Notes: generated by a model from the sequence alone, not told the origin. A DNA stretch of 64,000 bases from Candidatus Nomurabacteria bacterium (GCA_943356495.1 CALRFF010000002.1:99826-163825), one strand, 5' to 3'. Counted from the first letter of the stretch, positions 44,898 through 55,105 are shown. Numbers and translations are program-made.

Positions 44898-45575
44898 ATG
44901 CCGGATAACAGCAAAAAATTTCACGAATTTGCTTTAAGAACAAGCCTTTTTAAAGGACGCGCTGACTGGTATTTTTGTTATCTGAAGTCGGAAAAAATTG
45001 CTCACGTGTTGTCCGTATTGCTTAAACCGTCGGACGGGCAGGGGGGTGTGGATATCTTTTATCGGGCAGCCGAGTTGCCTCAAACGGTTGTGCACGTCGC
45101 GGCCGGCGAGGTTGATGTTTCGGTCGCTCTTGCGGATGTTTTCGGCCTGTTGTCCGATCTGCGCATTGCGGCTAGTACGGGCACGATTAGCAAAGAGGCG
45201 GCGGCACTTTTATGCAAAGAATACGAGGGCGTCGCAGAGCGGCTGGTTACCGGCTCGCACCCCTCCCCTTTTGTTACGGCCGACGACTTCCGTTTGGCGC
45301 CGTTGCCGGAGCTCGACTCCCCCCTTGCTCACGCGCCGCTTCATGTAAAGGACATAAAGGACACCAAGAAAATGTCCGATACGCCACAGTCAGAAAGAGT
45401 GTCTTTAATACTGGGGTTTATAAAGAAAAACAGGCAAGCCTCTATAAAGGAGATAGCTGCGGTGGTAAAGGGCTGCAGCGAAAAGACTATCCAACGCGAA
45501 CTAGGTACCCTTATTGAGCGGGGTTTGGTCCGTAAGGTCGGCGAACGGCGCTGGAGCATGTATGTACCGGCCTAA
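44898..45575 (+). CDS. hypothetical protein with C-terminal winged-HTH (DeoR-like) domain
   Basis: The C-terminus reads SLILGFIKKNRQASIKEIAAVVKGCSEKTIQRELGTLIERGLVRKVGERRWSMY. Confidence 0.45.
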   Translation: MPDNSKKFHEFALRTSLFKGRADWYFCYLKSEKIAHVLSVLLKPSDGQGGVDIFYRAAELPQTVVHVAAGEVDVSVALADVFGLLSDLRIAASTGTISKEAAALLCKEYEGVAERLVTGSHPSPFVTADDFRLAPLPELDSPLAHAPLHVKDIKDTKKMSDTPQSERVSLILGFIKKNRQASIKEIAAVVKGCSEKTIQRELGTLIERGLVRKVGERRWSMYVPA

Positions 45576-45984
45576 GGTTTTGGTCTGTACCTCCGGGCGC
45601 CCTTTTTTGGTAACTTTTTGCCCTATTGACCCGTTTTAGGCCTCTATATATAGTGGCTAGGTGGTACACACGCGACAGAGGTCCCTTAGGGGGCCATTAT
45701 GCGTTGTCCACAGGGCTTTTTTGCGATATTGCTAGGGCTTCATATAATGAACCCTAGGCCACAGGGACAGCCCTGCGGCACGTTCGTTGACAATTGCTTT
45801 CGGCATACATACTCCCGAACTCCTTATCCCTTCACGAAAGATTACGTCTGAAACTCCGTCAATACCTTGGCTACCAAAGCCTTCCTTTTCTTTTCAGAAA
45901 GAATCTGGGGGCAGGTAGAGTTTGTGCGTGTGCGCATTACTCGTGATTACCAGTTAGTTCGATTTATTCGTTCGTATAATTATT

Positions 45985-48900
45985 ATGACTATTACTCAGA
46001 GTTCTACTCGACTTCTCGCATTGACGCTCGGCGTCGCGGTTGTCGCGGCTTCGTTCTTCGCGGTCCTTGTGACCCCGGCGCACGCGGCTTCCTGCCCGGC
46101 CCTCTCTCGCTCCCTTTCGCAGGGAATGACCGGAGCGGACGTTAAGGATCTTCAGGTGTTCCTCAACTCGAACGCGGCGACTCAGGTCGCGGCATCGGGC
46201 GCAGGCTCCCCTGGCGGTGAGACCACCTTCTTCGGCGGTCTTACTAAAGCGGCAGCTATCAAGTTCCAGGCGGCTAACGGCGTTTCGCCGATTGGCATCG
46301 TAGGTCCGGCCACTCGCGCGGCTATCGCAAAGGTTTGCGGCGGCTCGACGGGCGGCTCCACTGGTGGCAACACCGGCGGCACCGTAGGCGGCCAGGTAAC
46401 CGTAAGCGCTGCGGCGCAGCCGGTTAACAGCCTTGCAGTTGCAAGCGCGGCTCGCGTACCGTTTACGACCTTTACCCTGACGAACAACAGCAGCTCTCCG
46501 GTGGTCATCAACTCCGTAACGGTGCAGCGCACCGGCCTCGGCGTTGACGCGAACTTCTCCGGCGTCGTCCTTTTGGATTCCAACGGTCTCCAGATCGGCA
46601 ATTCCAAGACGTTCAACAGCAACCACCAGGCAAACGTTGCCGACACTGGCTTTACTCTCGCAGCAGGTGCCTCGATGACCTACACGGTCGCGGGTAACAT
46701 TGCGGCGGCGGCTACGGCTCAGTCCGGTCAGGTCGTTTCCCTCGCGGTTGTCGCGATAAACAGCTCGGCGGTTATCTCCGGTTCGCTCCCGATCACGGGT
46801 GCTAGCCAGACGATCAACACCACGCTCACTCTTGGCTCGGTATCGACCACGACTTCGTCGGTCGTTCCTCCGACCTCGACCACCCACACGCAGAACATCG
46901 GTGACACGGGCGTCCGCTTTGCGGGTCTCAAGTTCACCGCAGGTTCCGCTGAGGATCTCAAGCTCTACAGCATCCGCTGGCGCCAGATCGGCTCCGGTAG
47001 CTCGGTAGACGTCGGCAACGTTATCACTAACGTAGGCGGCACTATCTACCCGACCACCGTCGACTCGACCGGCAAGTACTACACCACGGTGTTCCCGGGT
47101 GGGATCATGATCCCGAAGGGCAACAACGTTGATGCGTACATCCAGGGCGACCTTCTTGGGTCTAACTCGGCCGGCCGCACCATCCAGTTCACCATCGACC
47201 GCGTAACGGATGTTTACTTCGTTGGCCAGACCTATGGCTACGGCGTAACTCCGTCTGGCACCAGCCAGCCGTGGTTCACGGGTGACAGCTTCTCGATCAG
47301 CGCAGGCACTGCAACGACGCTCAGCAAGTCCAACGCGACCGCTGACGCCGCGCAGAACATCGCGGTAAACGTACCGAACCAGCCGTTGGGCGGGTTTATT
47401 ACGAACTTCCTCGGTGAGCCGGTCTCGATTACGGGCCTGACCATCACGGTCGCGTCCTCGTCGAACGACGGTGCCTCGGTTACGCCGCTCTCCAGCGTAT
47501 CCATCGTCAACGAGAACGGTGCAGTAGTATCGGGTCCGGTTGATCAGTCGGCTGCAAGCTTGACCTTCTCCGACACGATCACCTTCCCGACGGGCATCCA
47601 CACCTACCACGTTCGCGGCAAAGTCGCGACGGGTGCGGTAAACAACCAGACCTTCACCCTTACGGTTACGCCGTCCAACTGGACAAACCCGACGGGCCAG
47701 GTTTCGGGCAACTCGATCTCGATCAGCAACGCGGCCTTCGCGCTTAACGCGATGACGGTCCGCGCCGCGACGACCTCGATCACCGTCTCGTCTAACCCGA
47801 CCGCGCAAAACGTCGTAGCAGGTACGCAAGGCTTTACCTTTGCGAAGATCCAGCTTGACGCTTCGCAGTCCGGCGAAGACATCCGCTACAGCTCGCTCCC
47901 GCTTTCCTTCACTGGCGCTAACACGCCGGCAGGTCAGTTGAGCAACTGCCAGCTCTTCGACGGTGCAACGGCTATCGTCAACGGTTCACGCGTAATCAAC
48001 AGCCTCTCGGCCTCTGCAGCTAACAGCTTTGTCTTCGACAACGCGCTTGTCGTACCGAAGGGTACCGTCAAGGAGCTCTCGGTCGTCTGCAACATAAGCT
48101 CTGGCGCTACGAACCAGACCTTCATCTTCGGTATCAGCAGCACTTACAGCTACTCGGCTACCGGCGTAACCTCGGGCGTGTCCATCACCCCGTCCGTTAC
48201 TACGGCAACCGGCGGTACAATGACGGTCGCTTCGGGCTCGGCTACGGTTGCGGTTGACTCCAGCTCGCCTTCCTACGCCCTCAAGGCGGCAGGCAGCGCT
48301 GGTGTCACCTCGACGGTGCTCAAGTTCCGCGCTAACAACGAGGCGCTTAACCTCAACAAGATCGGCCTTACTCTCACCAACAGCGGTAACACCAAGTCCA
48401 CTGGCGCTGCGGGTAACTCCGGTACTAACGGCGGTTCTAGCGACATCGTAATGGCGTACATCTACAGCGGCTCGACGCTCGTCGGTACGGCTACCTTCAC
48501 GGGTACCGGCACCACGGCTACGTCGACCCTGTCGACTCCGGTCGCGCTTGCTAAGGACGCGGACACGCTCCTTACCGTCAAGCTTGACCTCGCGGCAATC
48601 GGCGTCAGCTCTCCGGGCGGCGTAGGCGATGTCATCAAGGTTGATCCGCTTAACTTCGAGGCTTCCGGCGCTTCCTCGGGTACGACCGTCACTGGTCCGA
48701 CCGCGACGAACACCGTTACCACGGGCGCAGCGGGCATCCAGATGTTCAAGAGCTACCCGACCTTCGCAGCTGGCCCTGCTACTGCGACGAACCCGAACGG
48801 TTCTGCTCAGCCGCTGAAGAAATTCAGCATCACGGCTAACAGCGCCGGCTCGGTCGGTCTCTACCAGATCGCGGTATCTATCGCGACCTCGTCTGCGACC

Positions 48901-49359
48901 GTTCGTAACCTCAAACTCTTTGCCTTCACCGACTCCAGCTACTCGACTCCGGCGAACGTCTCCGGTACGACTGGCGGTCAGTTCGGCGGCACGGCTGAGT
49001 TGAGTGCGATAGCAGATATTGCCGCTCCGACCGTCACCTTCTACCAGTCGACGCCGCTCCAGGTCTCGGCGGGCGCCACCATGTACTTCACCCTCATCGG
49101 TGACGTAGCACCGGTCGGCTCCGCAACGAACTGGACTATCACGTCGACGGTCCTCGGTGACTCGGCGACTTCCTCGAGCCCTGCTGGCTGGAATGCCACC
49201 ACGACTCCGGGTCGCAAGGGCGTAGTCTCGGGCGTAGCTACCACGACTTCCGGTTCTGACTTCTTCTGGTCGGATAACGCCACTAGTACGGCGACCACCG
49301 CGGATATCGACTGGTTCAACGGGTACTCTGTCCCTGGTCTCTCATCGTCCGGCTTCTAA
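45985..49359 (+). CDS. large cell-surface protein (1124 aa) with N-terminal peptidoglycan-binding domain and long Thr/Ser/Ala/Gly-rich beta region
   Basis: Signal/TM (LLALTLGVAVVAASFFAVLV), then a PG_binding_1-like segment (GMTGADVKDLQVFLNSN...LTKAAAIKFQAANGVSPIGIVGPATRAAI), then about 1000 aa of low-complexity beta-rich sequence. Confidence 0.7.
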   Translation: MTITQSSTRLLALTLGVAVVAASFFAVLVTPAHAASCPALSRSLSQGMTGADVKDLQVFLNSNAATQVAASGAGSPGGETTFFGGLTKAAAIKFQAANGVSPIGIVGPATRAAIAKVCGGSTGGSTGGNTGGTVGGQVTVSAAAQPVNSLAVASAARVPFTTFTLTNNSSSPVVINSVTVQRTGLGVDANFSGVVLLDSNGLQIGNSKTFNSNHQANVADTGFTLAAGASMTYTVAGNIAAAATAQSGQVVSLAVVAINSSAVISGSLPITGASQTINTTLTLGSVSTTTSSVVPPTSTTHTQNIGDTGVRFAGLKFTAGSAEDLKLYSIRWRQIGSGSSVDVGNVITNVGGTIYPTTVDSTGKYYTTVFPGGIMIPKGNNVDAYIQGDLLGSNSAGRTIQFTIDRVTDVYFVGQTYGYGVTPSGTSQPWFTGDSFSISAGTATTLSKSNATADAAQNIAVNVPNQPLGGFITNFLGEPVSITGLTITVASSSNDGASVTPLSSVSIVNENGAVVSGPVDQSAASLTFSDTITFPTGIHTYHVRGKVATGAVNNQTFTLTVTPSNWTNPTGQVSGNSISISNAAFALNAMTVRAATTSITVSSNPTAQNVVAGTQGFTFAKIQLDASQSGEDIRYSSLPLSFTGANTPAGQLSNCQLFDGATAIVNGSRVINSLSASAANSFVFDNALVVPKGTVKELSVVCNISSGATNQTFIFGISSTYSYSATGVTSGVSITPSVTTATGGTMTVASGSATVAVDSSSPSYALKAAGSAGVTSTVLKFRANNEALNLNKIGLTLTNSGNTKSTGAAGNSGTNGGSSDIVMAYIYSGSTLVGTATFTGTGTTATSTLSTPVALAKDADTLLTVKLDLAAIGVSSPGGVGDVIKVDPLNFEASGASSGTTVTGPTATNTVTTGAAGIQMFKSYPTFAAGPATATNPNGSAQPLKKFSITANSAGSVGLYQIAVSIATSSATVRNLKLFAFTDSSYSTPANVSGTTGGQFGGTAELSAIADIAAPTVTFYQSTPLQVSAGATMYFTLIGDVAPVGSATNWTITSTVLGDSATSSSPAGWNATTTPGRKGVVSGVATTTSGSDFFWSDNATSTATTADIDWFNGYSVPGLSSSGF

Positions 49360-49395
49360 TTAGCCAGACACCGGTCTAGGCGACAACTAGACACC

Positions 49396-49426
49396 AAAAA
49401 CCCCTCCCTTGCGGAGGGGTTTTTGC
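49396..49426 (+). terminator. rho-independent terminator
   Basis: aaaaacccctccc-ttgc-ggaggggttttt. Confidence 0.7.
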
Positions 49427-50020
49427 GTTGTTAGACTAAAAGCCATGCATACTAAACGCTATATACTGCTTGCGCTGGTTATAGGTCTTGCCTTTGGTGT
49501 CGGCGGCTGGCTCGTCTTTGCGCCCAAAAACACTACTCCTATAGAAACTACCGTTACCGACCTCGGCAACGGCTACGCGTTGGTAACTACCGGTAGCAGC
49601 ACTATTACTGAAATTAAAGACGACCCCAAACCTACCGTTACCCCGCCCGCGGTTGTCGCGCTTAGTATCTCGGCCGACCTGCCGGTCGAGGCAAAAGCGG
49701 CTTTGCAAAGCCAGTTCAACACCTATGCGGCGGGCCTAAAAGCTGCGCCCGCCCGCACCGACCTATGGCTGAGTCTTGGGATTGTTTACAAAATAGCGGG
49801 GCAGTATCAGGCAGCCGCAAGCGCGTGGACATACGTCGGCAAAGCCGGCGGGAGCACGGTCAACTATGTGGCCTACGGCAACTTGGGCGACCTCTACCTT
49901 AACTTTACGCACGAGTACGCTAAAGCCGAGACCAGTTTTAAGGCGGCCCTCGCGCTAAAGCCCGGTGTTGCTGATTATCAGGCGGGTCTTGCGGCCGCGC
50001 GGGAAGCACAAGGTAAATAA
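49409..50020 (+). CDS. hypothetical secreted TPR-like protein
   Basis: N-terminal TM. The C-terminal half has TPR-like helical repeats (LGIVYKIAGQYQAAASAW..., AKAETSFKAALALKPGVADYQAGLAAA). Confidence 0.4.
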   Translation: MRRGFCVVRLKAMHTKRYILLALVIGLAFGVGGWLVFAPKNTTPIETTVTDLGNGYALVTTGSSTITEIKDDPKPTVTPPAVVALSISADLPVEAKAALQSQFNTYAAGLKAAPARTDLWLSLGIVYKIAGQYQAAASAWTYVGKAGGSTVNYVAYGNLGDLYLNFTHEYAKAETSFKAALALKPGVADYQAGLAAAREAQGK

Positions 50021-50025
50021 AGTAT

Positions 50026-50901
50026 ATGAAAAAGTTTGCACACGTAGTGGCAGTTGCGGGTGTAGTGTTGGTGGCGCTGGTTGCTACACCGGCGCTTGCC
50101 GCGCCCACCGCCGAGCTGCACATTACCGCCGAGGGCAAGTTGAGCGCGAAAAACATTGTTGTACTGCAAAAGTCGGGGACTACGCTGTTTTGCCGCGCGC
50201 TGTGGGGCAATGCGTTTGTCCGGTTGACGGTACTGACCACGCCCGACACGGTGTCGGCGGTTATTGTGCGTAACCACGGCGGTATTGCCACGATTGATGA
50301 AATACAAGACGGCGACCTTATCTCGGTCGAAGGTTCTTTGGTGCCGGCGGCCGACTCGCTGCAAATTAACGCCAAGCGCATAGTCGACTACTCGCTTAAC
50401 AAAGAGCCGAAGACGCTTGCGGGTACGATACAAAGCGTCGGGGGCGGCACCTTTGTGCTTACCAACAAGCTTTTTAACAACACGACCGTGGTGGTCGGTA
50501 CCTCAACCCTTACCAAAGGTGTGCGTACCATTACCATTGCCGAGCTTGTGGTTAAAGACAAAGTGCTTTCCGCCAAAGGCTTGTACGACTACACCACCAA
50601 CACGCTTACGGCATCCTCTATCGAAATCTTTCAGGACAAGGCGGTGTTTAAACAGCGGGCCTTCGAAGGCACTATCCGCGCCATATCCGCTACAACGCTC
50701 CCCGCAACCGTAACCATCGCTACCGCCGGTGCAGACTATATGGTGTATTTGCCTGCGGGGACCAAAGTGCTCAACAAACTCCGCGCCCCCGCCGACCTGT
50801 CGCGCTTTGCGCCGGGCGACAAGGTAGCGATCCTCGGCTCTATCCGCCAAACCAATCTGGCCGAGGTAGACGCGGTCTCCATCCGCAACCTCAACTTCTA
50901 G
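50026..50901 (+). CDS. hypothetical secreted protein (291 aa)
   Basis: Signal peptide (VAVAGVVLVALVATPALAAP) followed by a beta-rich sequence. Confidence 0.45.
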   Translation: MKKFAHVVAVAGVVLVALVATPALAAPTAELHITAEGKLSAKNIVVLQKSGTTLFCRALWGNAFVRLTVLTTPDTVSAVIVRNHGGIATIDEIQDGDLISVEGSLVPAADSLQINAKRIVDYSLNKEPKTLAGTIQSVGGGTFVLTNKLFNNTTVVVGTSTLTKGVRTITIAELVVKDKVLSAKGLYDYTTNTLTASSIEIFQDKAVFKQRAFEGTIRAISATTLPATVTIATAGADYMVYLPAGTKVLNKLRAPADLSRFAPGDKVAILGSIRQTNLAEVDAVSIRNLNF

Positions 50902-50949
50902 CTGTAGCTCTAGCCGACAGTAAGTCTGTGTATAAATAGCTTGCATATA

Positions 50950-50975
50950 AAAGACTACGATATATCGTAGTCTTT
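50950..50975. repeat. 26-bp perfect palindrome aaagactacgatatatcgtagtcttt (copy 1, abutting the start codon of the TrpR/YerC-like gene)
   Basis: Self-complementary sequence. Identical copies at 51388-51413 and 31053-31078. Confidence 0.9.
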
Positions 50976-51386
50976 ATGCCGCATGTATCCAGACATACTC
51001 CGATTAAAAAGGTTTCAGATAAAACATTCGGTTTGTTTATGGAATGTGTTACCGGCAAGTGGTCGAAAGATGAGCGTAGAGCATTTTTTGATAATCTCCT
51101 GACCCCTACCGAAAGAGTTATGTTTTCAAAAAGATTGGCAATAATATACATGCTTGCCAAAGGCCACTCATTTGATGCCATTCAAGAAACATTACGAGTA
51201 AGCCCCTCCACAGTTGCACGTCTGTGGAGTGCAATCCAAAAAGGTAAATATACTGAAGTCACTCGGCACCTGCAAAAACAATTAGAGCGCGATACTGATT
51301 TTGAACACTGGTTTTCGCTACTGATGCCCCCGATGCATATGAGCAAAAAGCAATATGCTGAACGTATGCGTCGTCTCAATCTATAA
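50976..51386 (+). CDS. TrpR/YerC/YecD-like DNA-binding protein
   Basis: LLTPTERVMFSKRLAIIYMLAKGHSFDAIQETLRVSPSTVARL matches the YerC/YecD Trp-repressor-like family pattern (LLTP.E......R......L..G.S...I......S..T..R). Confidence 0.6.
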   Translation: MPHVSRHTPIKKVSDKTFGLFMECVTGKWSKDERRAFFDNLLTPTERVMFSKRLAIIYMLAKGHSFDAIQETLRVSPSTVARLWSAIQKGKYTEVTRHLQKQLERDTDFEHWFSLLMPPMHMSKKQYAERMRRLNL

Positions 51387-51414
51387 AAGACTACGATATA
51401 TCGTAGTCTTTTAT
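51383..51414. repeat. 32-bp perfect palindrome ataaaagactacgatatatcgtagtcttttat (copy 2, overlapping the stop codon of the TrpR/YerC-like gene)
   Basis: Self-complementary. Its outer flank tatgcaag is the inverse of the flank cttgcata at copy 1. Confidence 0.9.
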
Positions 51415-51428
51415 GCAAGTGATGTTTT

Positions 51429-52034
51429 TTGTTGGTTTATAATTTAGACATGAATGCTTCAGGGGTTTTGGAGCGGGTTTGGCTGTGGGTTAAGTGGCCG
51501 GTCATTGTACTGGCGGTGGGCTTTGTTGCTTTTGCTATATGGGGCACGATGCTCGCGCTCGACAAAGACAAGACCGATGCCGCTGTGGCGCAGATACATG
51601 CGCAAAAGCTTACCCTTGCCGATGTAGTGGGCGCTAACCTACCATCGGTCCCCGACCAAGCAGAGAACGACGCCACTGTTGCGGGGATAGATACAAACAA
51701 CAACGGTATCCGCGACGATGTCGAGTTGGCTATTTTTGCAAAATACCCTACCTCCGCCAAAATCCGCGCGGCAGCACTACAGTATGCGATGGCGGAGCAA
51801 ATGTATTTAACTAAAGTTTTTAATACAGGTACATGGAAAGCTGTGGCGGAAGAAGTCGGACGAGCACACACTTGCGTTATAAATGCGGGCGCAAACAGAA
51901 AAGAAGTTGAAGTCTTGGTATCAAATACACAGTTAAGAAAAGAAACAAGGACTAAAGCCTTTGAATTTATTACTAGCCACGGTGACGCTCGGGGTGAGCC
52001 ATGCGATGTAGCTTTAAATACATTACCCAATTAG
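51429..52034 (+). CDS. hypothetical membrane-anchored protein (201 aa)
   Basis: N-terminal TM (WPVIVLAVGFVAFAIWGTMLAL). Confidence 0.4.
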   Translation: MLVYNLDMNASGVLERVWLWVKWPVIVLAVGFVAFAIWGTMLALDKDKTDAAVAQIHAQKLTLADVVGANLPSVPDQAENDATVAGIDTNNNGIRDDVELAIFAKYPTSAKIRAAALQYAMAEQMYLTKVFNTGTWKAVAEEVGRAHTCVINAGANRKEVEVLVSNTQLRKETRTKAFEFITSHGDARGEPCDVALNTLPN

Positions 52035-53923
52035 CTTTTGTCCTTTTTCTTTTTCCGACAATTGCTCAAGCTGCATGTCTGGCGGATGGGTACACGGTAG
52101 TTTTTATAAATGGGATACGTAATACAAGAGAAGAAGCAGAACAAAATAAGTCCGAACTGCGTGACATTTTAGGAGTTAATTTTAATAACCAAACTATATA
52201 TTACGCTACGGGTTACAACGCCACTCACTTGCAGGGTGGTGGGGACTTGGTAGAGGCGGCGTTGCCGCAGTTTAACGAGTACGATTTGCAGACTATTTTG
52301 ATGCAGATGCACGACGAGGTGCAGACTCGCAAACTGCTTTTGGTAGGTCACTCACAGGGGGCGGTCTATGCAAACAGGTTATACGAGTATTTGGTTGCCC
52401 ACGGGGTACCAAAAGAGTCGGTGGCGGTGTACGCAGTAGCCACCCCAACTGCCTATGTGGCAGGCGGAGGAAAGTATCTTAATTATCAGGCCGACACGGT
52501 TATCTATGATCCTTTGCTGCAGGTTGGTGCGGTCGTGCCGCCTTTGCCAAACGTACTAGTTAAGGATTGGTGGGATAACCCAAACGCCAAGGGCGACAAT
52601 TTAGGCCATAGTTTTATTGATGTGTATCTTGCTAATTTTGCCGATCGTATGACGTCGGATATTAAAAGCCAATTGTTTGTATTGCGTTCGACCAATGCCA
52701 CTACCACAGGCGGCTGCTTTGAGGCGCCGGCAAAGACGCTTGCCTACCAAGCAATGGGCGCCGGCCTCGCGGTGGGCGAGCCTTTGGCTGTCGGTGTAAA
52801 AGTGACGGGACAGGTGGGGGCGTTGGCGCTTGGTGGGGTGATAAAAGTATACGATTTAGCCTATGCCGCAGCGGGTTCGGTATTCGGACTCTTCGGCTCG
52901 AAAGAAGATAAGGATAATGACCGCGCTGCGGTTACTACTGCGTTTGCCGCTTTTAAGGGCGTGCTCGGGTCGAGCTTGGATGTTGCAGATGTAAACCAGT
53001 TGCAGAAAGAATACGGAGATAAAAACTTAGGCAGTGCGGCTATGTTGGCGTTTCTGCCGGAGGAGCCGCAGGCTGTACCGGAAGTGTTGGGTACCTCGAC
53101 CCAGCCTGTCGCGACGACCACCGCGACCACTACTCCAAGTGCCCAAGTTTTTATAGACATACCGGAAGCGCCCGCAGTTTTTGTCCCTGACCCCTCGACG
53201 GTACACCTTAACTCTCCGGCATTTGGCGGGCCGCAAGCGTCTCAGCAAGCTCCTGCACCGGTGCTGGTTGCACCTACTATTGCATTTAGTAACTGGACTT
53301 CGCCCGACGGCTCTCAATTTTGTTCGTTGGTGCAGCGTACGGTAGACGTATCGTGGAACGCCGTTCCGAACGCCGCCTACTACAGTTTGTACTTGGAGCA
53401 CGCGAGTGGGGGCCCGATTGATTTTGGTACCACCACCGGCACCGCGTGGCCAGCGACGCTGACTTTTTTTGGCAGCGACCCAACAACGGTGACTGTTGTC
53501 GCGCACGACACAGGTGGCGGCTCAGCCACCTCGACCATGCTTGCAAACACAGCATTAGTCGACCAACAACCGCCGAGTATCATTTCTTTTTCTCCAGCTA
53601 TAAGCGCAACCGGTATTGCAACTACGTCCGCTGTTGCACTGACTTTTGACGAACCACTTAAAGCCTCGCTGGTAACCGCCGCAAACTTTACCTTGTTTAA
53701 ACTCGACTCTATTGCCGGACAAATAGCGGTTGACTCTACCGTGTCGCTTAGCGGCGACGGCACGGTGGTGACTATGCAACCAAATACGCCGCTTACCTAC
53801 AACGCGGGGCACCGGCTTGCTGTTTCGTGCGCCATAACCGACTTGGTGGGGAATCACCCTGCCTCTAGTTTTCTGTTATTTGCAGATCTGGTGACTCCCT
53901 ATTTTACGACTGAGGTACAATAA
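52001..53923 (+). CDS. secreted alpha/beta-hydrolase (lipase/esterase-like) with C-terminal Ig-like (Big) domains
   Basis: Signal peptide. LLLVGHSQGAVYANRL contains the GHSQG nucleophile-elbow motif (GxSxG). The C-terminal third is Thr/Ser-rich beta repeats. Confidence 0.55.
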   Translation: MRCSFKYITQLAFVLFLFPTIAQAACLADGYTVVFINGIRNTREEAEQNKSELRDILGVNFNNQTIYYATGYNATHLQGGGDLVEAALPQFNEYDLQTILMQMHDEVQTRKLLLVGHSQGAVYANRLYEYLVAHGVPKESVAVYAVATPTAYVAGGGKYLNYQADTVIYDPLLQVGAVVPPLPNVLVKDWWDNPNAKGDNLGHSFIDVYLANFADRMTSDIKSQLFVLRSTNATTTGGCFEAPAKTLAYQAMGAGLAVGEPLAVGVKVTGQVGALALGGVIKVYDLAYAAAGSVFGLFGSKEDKDNDRAAVTTAFAAFKGVLGSSLDVADVNQLQKEYGDKNLGSAAMLAFLPEEPQAVPEVLGTSTQPVATTTATTTPSAQVFIDIPEAPAVFVPDPSTVHLNSPAFGGPQASQQAPAPVLVAPTIAFSNWTSPDGSQFCSLVQRTVDVSWNAVPNAAYYSLYLEHASGGPIDFGTTTGTAWPATLTFFGSDPTTVTVVAHDTGGGSATSTMLANTALVDQQPPSIISFSPAISATGIATTSAVALTFDEPLKASLVTAANFTLFKLDSIAGQIAVDSTVSLSGDGTVVTMQPNTPLTYNAGHRLAVSCAITDLVGNHPASSFLLFADLVTPYFTTEVQ

Positions 53924-54019
53924 GAGAGTGAACCCGCGGTTTTTTACCAAGACTTTTAACAAATTCTTTTTCGGGTTTTTGTGCATTATCGGTTTGGCGT
54001 TTGGGGTCATGCTCGTGGC

Positions 54020-54236
54020 GGGCAGCTTTAATAGCCCGCCCCACCCCGACCAAGTCGGGGCATCTACCTTTGCCCCGTAGGCAGCTTGCGCGTAGGGGCC
54101 CTTTTATGTAGAGTGTTGCCATAGGGTCAGAGACAGCGGGCTTCCCTGCAAGAAGGGACTTAATGCCAAAGGGCGCCTGCCGAGACGGTCGAACTCCAAC
54201 CCTTAATAAAGGGTATTTTTATACCCAAAAATAATT
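54020..54236 (+). promoter_or_regulatory. candidate rplJ (L10) leader / autoregulatory region
   Basis: About 215-nt structured GC-rich untranslated region directly upstream of rplJ. The regulatory role is inferred by analogy to L10 leaders and is not demonstrated here. Confidence 0.3.
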
Positions 54237-54725
54237 ATGGCGATTACACGCAAAAAGAAAGAAGAAATAGTGGCGAAAGTTGGTGAGATTACTAAGTCTG
54301 CCAAGACGCTTGTCTTTGCGCAGTTTAAGGGTCTTACCGTCGCCGAGCAAAACGAAATGCGTAAAGCGTTTCGTCCGCTGGGTGTCGGCTACACGGTAGC
54401 CAAAAAGTCGCTCCTTAACCGAGCGCTTACGGCCGCGGGCTACACCGGTACCGCGCCGGAACTTACGGGCGAGATAGCGCTTGCGTACGGCGAAGACGAG
54501 TTGGCGCCTGCGCGCGAGCTTGCGGTCTTTGTTAAAAAGTTCGGCGAGCACCTTGCCTTTGCGGGCGGCGTGTTCGGCGGCAAGTTTATGAGCAAAGAGG
54601 AGATTGTCTCTATTGCGGCTATCCCGGGTATGGAGACACTTCGTGCTATGTTTGCTCAGGTTATCAACTCGCCCCGCCAGCGCTTTGCGGTGGTGCTCAG
54701 TGAGGTAGCAAAAACTAAGAATTAA
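54237..54725 (+). CDS. rplJ: 50S ribosomal protein L10
   Basis: [45 protein letters not shown] is canonical L10. Confidence 0.9.
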   Translation: MAITRKKKEEIVAKVGEITKSAKTLVFAQFKGLTVAEQNEMRKAFRPLGVGYTVAKKSLLNRALTAAGYTGTAPELTGEIALAYGEDELAPARELAVFVKKFGEHLAFAGGVFGGKFMSKEEIVSIAAIPGMETLRAMFAQVINSPRQRFAVVLSEVAKTKN

Positions 54726-54742
54726 TATTTAGCAGTACTACT

Positions 54743-55105
54743 ATGTCACAGGAACAAATTATCGAAGCAGTAGAAAAGATGACCGTGCTCGAGCTCAACA
54801 CCCTCGTCAAGGCCATTGAGGAAAAGTGGGGTGTCTCGGCGGCCGCGGTTGCGGCGGCAGGCCCGGCGGCAGGCGCCGCGGCGGGCGAGGAAAAGTCCTC
54901 GTTTAACGCGCATCTTACCGACGCCGGTGCTCAGAAGGTGCAGGTTATTAAGGCGGTTAAAGACGCGCTCGGTCTTGGCCTTAAGGAGGCGAAGGACTTG
55001 GTAGATGCGGCTCCGACTGTTCTTAAGGAGGGTCTTAAGAAGGAGGATGCCGACAAGCTTAAGGCGGCTATCGAGGCAGCCGGCGGCAAAGTGGAGTTGA
55101 AGTAA
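54743..55105 (+). CDS. rplL: 50S ribosomal protein L7/L12
   Basis: N-terminal dimerisation helix, an Ala/Gly-rich hinge, and C-terminal [56 protein letters not shown]. Confidence 0.95.
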   Translation: MSQEQIIEAVEKMTVLELNTLVKAIEEKWGVSAAAVAAAGPAAGAAAGEEKSSFNAHLTDAGAQKVQVIKAVKDALGLGLKEAKDLVDAAPTVLKEGLKKEDADKLKAAIEAAGGKVELK

